A DNA stretch of 64,000 nucleotides, from assembly GCA_964276515.1 (NCBI GenBank), contig OZ193910.1, positions 1,426,001-1,490,000 on the forward strand. Reading direction: 5' to 3'. This DNA comes from Gordius albopunctatus (lineage: Eukaryota). This document shows, in pieces, positions 26,152 through 35,638 of this stretch (positions are counted from its first letter, which is position 1; every line of letters begins with the position of its first letter). Under the pieces are notes generated by a model. The model was not told the DNA's origin and made no database searches. It saw only the letters and a list, made by a program, of their open reading frames with translations. Made by a program: the position numbers and the translations under genes.

Positions 26152-26492
26152 ATAATTACCTTTTATCTTCTCTTCACCTGTTTTTATCATGCATTAGGTC
26201 TTAAAGTCGTAATGTATGTTTTGATAAGTTTCCTCCATCTTGATAGGGTAAGCGCCATGTTCTGATTTATTTTCTTCACTTTATATACATGCTCTTTACA
26301 CCTGAAAGAGGTAGTCCTCTTCCTATCTTCCCCGGTACCTCCATTTCTTGTACTTTTCGAGATTTACTTCATTCGTCTATGGTATTATCTAATTAGAATA
26401 GTGGTCCCTTTATGATTTGGATATCACTTTGTTATCATTCCTTCTTACTATATTTGAATACACATTATTTATACTCCTCCTTATTCTATTCC

Positions 26493-26771
26493 TAATAAAT
26501 GTGTAATACTGTTTATCCAACTGATTTCTTACTCGTACTAGGATGATGAAAAAATGTGAAAGGTAATGAGACCAAACTTTATTAATAATCCTTTTTTCGC
26601 TCACACAACGCGTGATAAACATATATATACGATAAATAATATCTCGCGTAATAAATAATATTATTGACGCTCTATAACAACGAGAGATCGAGAGACAACG
26701 ACCGTGTAAACTACAACGGGGTAGGGGGGAAGGGAAGGAGAAATAGAGAAGTGTAAACACCCTTCACAACA
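26493..26771 (-). repeat. 3' LTR of element A
   Basis: Follows the PPT; matches 32069-32347. Confidence 0.95.
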
Positions 26772-26929
26772 CCATCCTTTTTAAAATAAATCCATCCGGG
26801 GCAAGACAAATGAGATAGCGCAACCGGTCAGCACGACCTCTTGATTGTTTAGAAATCGAGAGCTCCTCGGACGACGTAGTTGGGCTCGATGTCTTTACCT
26901 CATTCTCCCGCCTTGCACTTCGCTTCACC

Positions 26930-27676
26930 CTATTGTTCCCCACGCTGGTCCATATTTGCAGACCGGCGTACTACGTTCGACTCAACTGCCGAATCCGGTG
27001 GAGCCACCATTACAGGAGAAAGCAATAAAGCCTCCTCTTCCTGTAACGACAACGTTTCCACCTGACAGACAATTGTTGCCTCACCTGGCGCTACCACGCT
27101 CTGTTGCGACGCCACCGCGGACGACCGTATCAAGGTACTGTCACCCTGCAGCGCTACCGTCCCAACAACGTTCGCACCCGCCACTATTTCCGACGCGTCC
27201 ATTGCCTCAATGATACGCTCTACTACCGTACCTACGGCATTACCACCCTCCGGCGGTATCTGTGGGTTACATCTCAGCCCACGATGCCGACGATGACACC
27301 CATGACACCACCTCCGTGCAACACGACGTCGCCTGCCGCCATTCGTCGCCGGTGGGGCAGCTTCCGCGCCCCTCCGTACCTGGCGCCCAGCGGCTACGCC
27401 GCGTTGCGGATTCTCTTGAATCCTCGCTATCGGGATCCTCACTATCGGGGCGACGTTACGAGCCACTCCGCCACGTCGACCCATATTCACAAATCTTTCA
27501 CCCCCGGGTCGGATCTCTCTCCTCGCCTGAGGGTAGATTTGTTCATGGAAGTTGACCATGTGGGGCACACCGTCTGCACCCACCACAAACGACACGTGTA
27601 AATTGCTTGGGGCGTACAGTGGATCGATCGCCTGAACCACCACTTGTACTCGGCACCACGAAGCAATTATATCCAT
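26930..27676 (-). CDS. Element A ORF3: uncharacterised 248-aa accessory protein with an Arg-rich region and CX2CX3HX4C knuckle
   Basis: Open frame between the integrase tail and the PPT; AG acceptor abuts the ATG; homologous to ORF 54753-55238. Confidence 0.8.
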   Translation of the reverse strand: MDIIASWCRVQVVVQAIDPLYAPSNLHVSFVVGADGVPHMVNFHEQIYPQARREIRPGGERFVNMGRRGGVARNVAPIVRIPIARIQENPQRGVAAGRQVRRGAEAAPPATNGGRRRRVARRWCHGCHRRHRGLRCNPQIPPEGGNAVGTVVERIIEAMDASEIVAGANVVGTVALQGDSTLIRSSAVASQQSVVAPGEATIVCQVETLSLQEEEALLLSPVMVAPPDSAVESNVVRRSANMDQRGEQ

Positions 27677-27981
27677 CTAATATAACTAAAAACATTAGAC
27701 ATTATAACATATCCATATTAATATTTTATTCAAAACGCGGCCGCAATTGCTCTTCATGCCTCATAGCATGGTTATTTGCAGCCGTAAACTCCACGTCGTA
27801 AGCTTTAGAGCCCACGCGGGATTTAACTACCGCTTCGAGCCATTTTTCAGACCCGCCATAACCCCGGGCCCAAACTGCCTCATTAACCCGAAACCGGCCA
27901 ATGTCAGATACACGAGATGTCAACTCGCTATCTACGAACACATCGATCGGTATTCGCGGTATCCTATTTAAAAAAACCTTA

Positions 27982-30822
27982 CTAACCGGCGCGCGACACG
28001 GGAAACGAGGGGAAGCACCAAATGCCTTCTTTCTCCACCTTCTCGTTTTTTAACCATCGTTTAACTATCGCCACATGTCGCTCAGCCAGCCCGTTAGAAC
28101 TAGGATGATAGGGAGGCGTTAATACGTGACGTATGCCCCACCTATCGCAAAACGCTTTAAACTCGGCACTAGTAAACGCGGTACCATTATCTGACACCAC
28201 GCACTTCGGTATGCCAAAAGCGCCCATTAATTTTTCCAAAAAAACAATTACGCTTTTAGTAGATAGTTTCGACACCCGCTCGAATTCAACCCAACTCGAT
28301 GTCGCATCCACCAACAAAAGATATTGCTTAGAGTCAAAATCAAAAAAATCAAGGTGCACTCGATCCCACACATTATGTGCCTGAGGCCACCTCGCCTTTT
28401 TATCATGCCTGGGCATACTCGCATTCTTGTTACATGCAACGCATTTATGCCCATACATGCTTATATCTTTTCCCATCTTAGGCCACCAAACATATCTACG
28501 CGCCAAAACCTTCATTTTAGCCGTCCCAATATGTCCAGCATGCAATAAATTAAGAACCTGAGGACGTAACACTCGTGGAATCACTATGCGTTCACCCCGC
28601 AGAATGATACCGTTCTCAAAACAGAGTTCGTTCCTCACCCCACGGTAACCCACAGGAATCTCCTCGAGCGTCTCGCCGTCAATCAGGCATCTTGTAACTC
28701 GACTCAACTCCTCATCTTTACTAACCTCCTCTTTAAGGTTAACTGATGGGAAAGTTTCCGTTACAATATTGACCAAAAATTTATCACCTTCTAATTCCTT
28801 CTCAGGTAAGGTACCATTATCCTCACCTAAGCACGACAACGTATCAGGTAAATAATTCGTTGCCCCCTTTTTATACTCTAAGGTTACGTTAAAATTCCCC
28901 AAAAACAACAACCATTTCTGTAACCTAGGGCTAAGCAACAAACTATTGTTACACTTCGCGAACAGAGGAATTAGCGGTTTATGATCCGTAAAAACTTTAA
29001 AATCTCGACCAATAAGATACTCACGGCACTTTATTAACGCAAAAACCACGGCAAGAGCCTCCTTCTCGATAACTGAATAATTAAGCTCCGCCGCCGTTAA
29101 TTTACGCGAGAAAAATAGTATTGGCCGTTCTACGCCCATAACAATATGAAAGAGCATGCCACCTATACCGCTATTCGATGCGTCTACCGCTAGACCTATT
29201 GGCAGGTCACGATTAAAACACACCAAAACAGGATCGCTTCCTAACAAGTTCTTTAACTTATCGAAAGCTAACTGCTCCTTTTCGGCCCAAACAAAACGCA
29301 CATTACTCTGCGTCAGTCTATGCAAGGGAGCCGCCACCTCCGAACAATGTGGTATAAACTTGCGATAATACTTAACCGACCCCATGAAAGCCAAAACCTC
29401 TTTTTTACTAACCGGGGCCCGTATATTCTTAATCGCAGCCACCTTACTACCCAGAGGTCTAATTCTCCCACATGCGATAACATGCCCTAAAAAAGTAACT
29501 TCGGTAACCCCAATCATGCACTTTTTCCTGGTTAAACGTAATCCTCTCTCCTGGACGCGGTTCAGTACCGATTCTAGACGCATATCATGCTCTTGCATTG
29601 ACGCGCCCACAATCAGCACATCATCCAGGTAAAAGAACACGCCGTTCAAACCCTGGAAAACCGAGGCCATCGTCTTTTGGAAAACAGACGCCGAAATACT
29701 CAAGCCAAACGGCAAACGATTAAACGCAAACAACCCCAAAGGAGTATTTATCGTCATTAACCGTGCCGATCGAGCATTTAATCTGATCTGCAAATATGCC
29801 GATCTTAAATCAAGTTTTGAAAAATAACATGCGTTACTCAGGTTAGCTAAAATCTCCTCAACCCGCGGAATTGGGTACTTAATTTCCACCAACCACGGAT
29901 TAAGTGTAACCCGGAAATCTACACACAGACGAAGCGAACCGTCGCTCTTCTTAACCGGAACCAGAGGGGTCGCCCACTCACTATAATCGACGGGCGAAAC
30001 TATCCCCTGATCAACCCAGTCCCGAAGCACGGCATTAACTTCGTCCCGCCAAATAAACGGAATACGCCTATTCGGGCAAAACTTAGGACAGGCACCTCGT
30101 TTAAGCAGCACATCGTACTCATACCCCTTTAAACATCCTAAACCTTCCGAAAAAACTTCGGCGTAGCGCGTCACTAAATTACGCAAATTAGATTGCCATT
30201 CGCCCAGGTCGCCCAAACACTTACACTCACCCGAAGGTGTCACACCTGCAGCACCCGAAGGTGTCAAGCCCGCAGGCGTCCCGATGTTTATCATCGCACA
30301 CGACTTAGTCGCTTGCTTGGTACTCGGAGGCTCAATATTACATATCATCGCACTCCCCCCTGGGCTTACTTTACGACTACGCTTTAACTTCAACTCCGGG
30401 GTAGGTACTTCTAACGTGTCACATAACCCGAACCACCTAACACGAGGGCCTATCACTTGCAACCAATCCCAGCCCATTAAAGGGGCGATATTAGCTGCCG
30501 TAATAAAAATAGGTAAATTACACCTCGTGCCGCCAGCCACCACCTCCATACAGGCCTTCCCTACTAATTGGACAGACGCACCATCTAACTGGCGCGCATT
30601 AAAAAGGGAATGGGATATCTTTTTAGAGGGCCAAAATAACTTAAAATGCTTTAATGAAATTAAACTAACACAAGCGCCGGAATCGAGTATAAAATTAATT
30701 AACGCACCTTCCACCCACACTTTTGATGTGGGCAGTTGTGTACCAAATAATAAACGGGGCAAAGCGCTTGTTAAATTAAACGTTACAATGGAGCTGGATG
30801 AATTAGGTACGTTGACATCTAG
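27982..30822 (-). CDS. pol: Element A pol (protease, reverse transcriptase, RNase H, integrase)
   Basis: ILDSGA protease motif; LCVDFR, KLDLRSAY and YLDD RT motifs; VDAS, EKEALA and TDHKPL RNase H motifs; HHCC (HAGH...CVAC) and D,D,E integrase (HLDF, SDNG, AERHV). Frame is open from the ORF1 stop. The integrase C-terminal tail (27726-~27990) is in a shifted frame. Confidence 0.97.
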   Translation of the reverse strand, partial: LDVNVPNSSSSIVTFNLTSALPRLLFGTQLPTSKVWVEGALINFILDSGACVSLISLKHFKLFWPSKKISHSLFNARQLDGASVQLVGKACMEVVAGGTRCNLPIFITAANIAPLMGWDWLQVIGPRVRWFGLCDTLEVPTPELKLKRSRKVSPGGSAMICNIEPPSTKQATKSCAMINIGTPAGLTPSGAAGVTPSGECKCLGDLGEWQSNLRNLVTRYAEVFSEGLGCLKGYEYDVLLKRGACPKFCPNRRIPFIWRDEVNAVLRDWVDQGIVSPVDYSEWATPLVPVKKSDGSLRLCVDFRVTLNPWLVEIKYPIPRVEEILANLSNACYFSKLDLRSAYLQIRLNARSARLMTINTPLGLFAFNRLPFGLSISASVFQKTMASVFQGLNGVFFYLDDVLIVGASMQEHDMRLESVLNRVQERGLRLTRKKCMIGVTEVTFLGHVIACGRIRPLGSKVAAIKNIRAPVSKKEVLAFMGSVKYYRKFIPHCSEVAAPLHRLTQSNVRFVWAEKEQLAFDKLKNLLGSDPVLVCFNRDLPIGLAVDASNSGIGGMLFHIVMGVERPILFFSRKLTAAELNYSVIEKEALAVVFALIKCREYLIGRDFKVFTDHKPLIPLFAKCNNSLLLSPRLQKWLLFLGNFNVTLEYKKGATNYLPDTLSCLGEDNGTLPEKELEGDKFLVNIVTETFPSVNLKEEVSKDEELSRVTRCLIDGETLEEIPVGYRGVRNELCFENGIILRGERIVIPRVLRPQVLNLLHAGHIGTAKMKVLARRYVWWPKMGKDISMYGHKCVACNKNASMPRHDKKARWPQAHNVWDRVHLDFFDFDSKQYLLLVDATSSWVEFERVSKLSTKSVIVFLEKLMGAFGIPKCVVSDNGTAFTSAEFKAFCDRWGIRHVLTPPYHPSSNGLAERHVAIVKRWLKNEKVEKEGIWCFPSFPVSRAG

Positions 30823-31326
30823 TCAACGCACCCCCGCTCCACTAGCAGTCATCGCGGAAGGCAGGCTACACCCGCACGAAGTTGAAACACCCTTATTAAA
30901 ATTATTTCCCCTCTCACTATCCCTGTTCATATTGCCATTACAAAAAGCATTCTGAGAGGGATGCGAAACATTATTACCCGCATAATTCCTGTCATCAAAA
31001 TTAGCCCTATTAAATTTATCCCTATAACCATCTGGCAGTGGTCTAGAATATCTCCCATCTCTGCCATTATCCCTGTTATCAAAACTTTGCCTAATTCTGC
31101 CTTTGAACATCCTTCCTGCTTTCTTATTACAATATCTAACCATATGTGGTCCCCCACAGTGAAAGCATTTTATCGCTTGTTTTACTACATTTACCCTAAT
31201 GCTTAAACACCACATCTTCCACAAAGCAGCTATTAAAACGATTAATAAAACCAGGACTAACCAGTTCGCTCTAATAATATCCACATATAAGTCCACCCTC
31301 TGTGTCGTTTTAAAAAATGATAACAT
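30823..31326 (-). CDS. Element A ORF1 (gag position): predicted TM helix + CX2CX3HX4C knuckle + Arg/Asn/Gly-rich tail, 167 aa, no recognisable capsid domain
   Basis: First ATG at 31326, with an in-frame TAA shortly upstream. Hydrophobic WLVLVLLIVLIAALWKMWCL at ~31263-31204; CFHCGGPHMVRYC at 31167-31129. Confidence 0.8.
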   Translation of the reverse strand: MLSFFKTTQRVDLYVDIIRANWLVLVLLIVLIAALWKMWCLSIRVNVVKQAIKCFHCGGPHMVRYCNKKAGRMFKGRIRQSFDNRDNGRDGRYSRPLPDGYRDKFNRANFDDRNYAGNNVSHPSQNAFCNGNMNRDSERGNNFNKGVSTSCGCSLPSAMTASGAGVR

Positions 31327-32068
31327 ATCTGCTACACAGCTTAACAAATTAACGCTAGTAAAAAAGTTAAATGCTTACTTTAATCGCCTGCAATTAATGC
31401 AATATCCCACAATAGAAAAATTAAACCCTAATCGAAATAAAAAAACTATGGCAAATATATAAATATTACTCTGCAAATTAATTAATGCACGCGCAATCTT
31501 TAAAACAATGTAAGATATACGATACCTTTACTACAACTTGGTTAATTGTTCAAAACTTATAATGTTACCAATATCAAATTACATCAAAATCAATATACAA
31601 CAAGAACAAATTGTAACATATAAATTAATTTGAGGCCAAAATATTGCACAATTTAATCAAATAGCAAAATAGTACGTATCACTAAATTAAATCGAAGCCG
31701 AAATATTAAAAAATTCAAACTAATGGCAAAATTAGTAAATGTTACCAAAACTTTTCAAAGATAATATATTGCACCCCTAAATCTAATAGCAAAATTGTGA
31801 GTTATATTTAAACTAATTCAAAGATAAAATTATTAAAAAATTACGTAAATACCAAATATGCATGTATTTATCAACCCACTTGAAGTAAACTATATATATA
31901 TCAGCGTGATCTAAAACTAATTTGAATCAAGTAAATAGCATAATAAAATTCTTACAATAAACAGCCTGAAAAATTTAATTGTAAGAAGAAAATATCCAAA
32001 AAGCATCAAAAAAATCAGAAATATTACATTATTCATTAAACAAAGAATATTAAATTAGCTATCACCAT

Positions 32069-32347
32069 TAATAAATGTGTAATACTGTTTATCCAACTGA
32101 TTTCTTACTCGTACTAGGATGATGAAAAAATGTGAAAGGTAATGAGACCAAACTTTATTAATAATCCTTTTTTCGCTCACACAACGCGTGATAAACATAT
32201 ATATACGATAAATAATATCTCGCGTAATAAATAATATTATTGACGCTCTATAACAACGAGAGATCGAGAGACAACGACCGTGTAAACTACAACGGGGTAG
32301 GGGGGAAGGGAAGGAGAAATAGAGAAGTGTAAACACCCTTCACAACA
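32069..32347 (-). repeat. 5' LTR of element A
   Basis: Precedes the TGG-initiated PBS; matches 26493-26771. Confidence 0.95.
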
Positions 32348-32499
32348 ATTCCCAATCATTATAATTTGAATAGCCCCCAACTACCTTACGAGTTATTCAT
32401 ATTAAACTCTTTACAATGGTATATAAGCTAATGCTTAACGATAGAGAGTATCTTTGGTTTTATACAAATAAAGTAGGCTCAAACCCCTACAAGTCTCCC

Positions 32500-33360
32500 T
32501 TCTTAGAAATATGCCCATACCACCTTGGGCGATTTTCGTGAGTCATGGCCGCCATAGGTTGAATACCCATTTTTGTCATGAGAAGGTCATAATGCCATAT
32601 CGTCGAGTTTCGTATACCCTATCCATCGTATTATTCTCATCTCTGTGGCTTGTAATAGCTTTTCTTCCGTGGTGTTGAATGCCCATGTTTCACTTCCATA
32701 GAGTAAAACCGGTCTTGCGATGGATTTTCAAGCTTTGCTCTTCAACCATATTGGCATTTTTTGTTCCACATTACACTCCCTCTTGATGTAGCATCGAGCC
32801 GAGGTATGTAAACCTGTCTATTTTTGGATACTTTAGATGGCCATCCAGCGATGAGGCGCCTGTAACGTTCATCTACATGTATCCGTTTTTCGATCGTTGA
32901 CCTTTAAACCATATTCAGCTAATCGCTTTGACCACTTTTAGGTTCTTTCGAATACTTTCTCTTTTGTCTCTTCGCACAGTAGCATATAGCATACACCATG
33001 GCGATAATTTTTGAATGTCTCTCGTTATTATGTCCATAATTATATGAAATAAAAAGCGACTTAGAACAGATCCTTGATGTAATTCAATTATAATGCGAAA
33101 GATTTAGATTCTCTAACTGTCGTCTTAACGCAAGAATTAAAGGCTTTTTAAATAGATTTAATAAGTCGAATATATGCGTCAGGGATATTTTGTTTTCTCA
33201 AGCATCATCAGATTAAATCGCAAGGGACCGTGTCATAAGCTTTCTTTAAGTGGACAAAGACCATATGTAGGTGTCTTCTCTTTTCACCATATTTACTAAT
33301 TTTTAGTCTTAGTGCGAAGATTAGGTCGATTGTGGATTTTCCGGCCACAAATATAGGGTT
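32500..33360 (-). mobile_element. Degenerate RTE-like non-LTR (LINE) reverse transcriptase fragment
   Basis: GKSTIDLIFALR...LHMVFVHLKKAYDTVP, LHQGSVLS and PVLLYGSETWA motifs, with stops and frameshifts. Confidence 0.8.
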
Positions 33361-35638
33361 GTCAGGAATGGCATCCTCTGACACCACCCGCAAGGCTTCA
33401 GTTGATTGAAAACTCAGCAGTTTGCACGTCTCTTTTGGGCCCCAGTCGCTTAAATTGGTTGGCATATGACGTGCGCTTAAAATTGCAGAAGAAAGAAAGA
33501 ACTCAATCGAATCTCCAGATTTATAGAATTTATTTCCTTTAGGTTCAAATCGTAGTCCAACCACGCCAAACGTTGAAGGAATAAATGGGAAGAAGGAATA
33601 TATTCACGAATAAGAGATAACCATCACGGACAACAATTTATTACCAAGGATAGATCACAAGTGGCGAAATAGCGATAAAACAATGGAAACATAAAAATAA
33701 TATATCTTCACGAGGAATAACAAAGTATAAAATAATATACAAAGGTAATCTCACAATTTTATACGCAATATTTATATTAACCAATATCATTTATTTTTAT
33801 CTAAAGTAAAATGCATGTAATATATCATCACATAGAAAAGATAATAAAAAAGCCAGGCACTATCTTGACGGGCCTTAATTTAACTTAATATGATAGATAC
33901 CTTTTAAGTAACCTATGGAAAAAATAGAAATGAGTGAAATTAATTCTTCTTGTCAATTTTAAGATAATTATAACCAACTACGGTGATAAACTTCTCTGAA
34001 TTACATTTATAAAGCAATATAAGGACGGCCAAACTATTCTTATAAACCTGCAACCGTCAATATTATTATAAATACCTTAGATATTTTCAGCATTCACTTG
34101 TCGCCCTAACCCGAGATTCGTAAAGTAAAATATTAATTTTTCTTACAAGCCATATATTAGTTAGAATAAAAATTACAATTAGTTTATGTTTACCTAACGC
34201 AACTAGCCTATACCATTCATTAGATCAAGGGCTTGACTTAAATACGCTCCTGCTCATCCCGATATAACGGAGCTCAACTACGCTTATGCGATATATAATC
34301 TAAAGTTAGATTAACGAATTCGTCAAATCCTATTATGAAATTATACTATTTTTAAATATGAAATAACTGCTAAAGAATTAAAATTATCATTCTGCTTCCT
34401 TTATATTTACAGTATGGATTTTGAGATGAACAAATTTATTCTTGATAGCATATTAGGTATTATCTTAATTTATTTAATGAATTTCTTATGACTCTTATGT
34501 AAGTGTCTTTGCCAAAAATGATATAAGTTTATCACGTGCAATAATTTTAATTTTATAATAGATCTTGATGAAACTCTCTTGCTAGAATATTGGGTATCAT
34601 TATAATTTTAATAAATTTCTTATAATTCTTTTGTAAGTGTCTTCTTTGCAAAAATAATGATATATGTTTAACGGTGCAATAGTTTTATAATTGGCCTTGG
34701 TGAAACTCCTTTTATAATAATTAATCCCTCAATGAATACTTAGCGTGTAGTGTTTTTAGTCTGCGTAGTTAGAGCATACTTCCCTTCAAGTACAATATGT
34801 ATAGTTTTTTAGGTCCTGGAGCAACTCATTTTCTACACCTAATCATAACACAACCATCAAAGCATAAAACATTATAATAGCTCACAGTCTTGAAAAATAT
34901 AATTCCTGAAGAAAAATATATATTAAAGGAAAACTAACCACTTAATTTATCCACCTCTTTATTTCGCTTATCCTACAAAGAAGTCATTTTCATAATAATT
35001 GAAGTATAAACGAAAATTTTGAGACAAGATATAGGGTTGAAAGGTAATTTATTATTTGCGCTTTGTCCCTTAATAATTTGAAATTAAAGCAAAGTACCAC
35101 TTTAGAAAATATTTTACATTTATATTTTTAATGTTTTTAATTAAAAACATGAAATACATAATAATATAATAAAAGAACAATGTGACTTTACAACATTTAA
35201 TAACTCACCTTAATAATATTTTAAACAATTTATAAGAATCTTGTGTGTAATAAGGCCAATGATTATATTTGGGAAAAGCTAGACTCCCGTAGACATAAGC
35301 GTATCCAGGATTGCCTCAAGGCAGGGGTTTACACTAATTAAGGGGGGTGGGGTTAATTTTGTGTCAAAAAGTTTTTGATTAAACAAAAACTAATTAAAAT
35401 TAGATAAATTCAATATCTACGATGGGTATTAGGTTAAAAACCCATTAATAATAGGTTCAGAGACACAAATTGCTAAGAGTTCCTTCCAATTTTTCTGTTT
35501 GCGTTTTTGGGGCAATGTTTGAATTAAACACTTGCATGGGTCTTTTTTGCCCACCAGTACGAAAAATTGTCCCGCCTCGGGACTGTTAAAGTGAAATTAT
35601 AAGCTCGTCATTTTTTGCAAAGCACCGGTGTAGCCTAC

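Larger units (their letters stand above)
26493..32347 (-). mobile_element. Full-length, very recent Ty3/Gypsy LTR retrotransposon (element A) with three ORFs
   Basis: 279-bp LTRs at 26493-26771 and 32069-32347, identical by eye. TSD ATTCC at 26488-26492 and 32348-32352. PBS-like TGGTGATAGC at 32067-32058; PPT AAAAAGGATGG at 26782-26772; domain order PR-RT-RH-IN. Confidence 0.97.

Noticed and set aside
26410..26760. 116-aa and 93-aa (32055-32336) ORFs with identical N-termini
   Set aside because: They lie within the two LTRs and run into unrelated flanks; the identity simply reflects the LTR duplication.
26930..27676. ORF3 as an env or fusogen gene
   Set aside because: No evident signal peptide, TM anchor or Cys-rich ectodomain; it is basic and has a zinc knuckle.
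30284..30955. 223-aa + strand ORF and other antisense ORFs over pol and ORF3 (e.g. 27104-27601, 28133-29632)
   Set aside because: Shadow frames of the coding strand; no motifs and no independent expression signals.
33208..33564. 118-aa ORF as a real gene
   Set aside because: Chimeric: an unrelated upstream segment is fused to a decayed LINE RT fragment.
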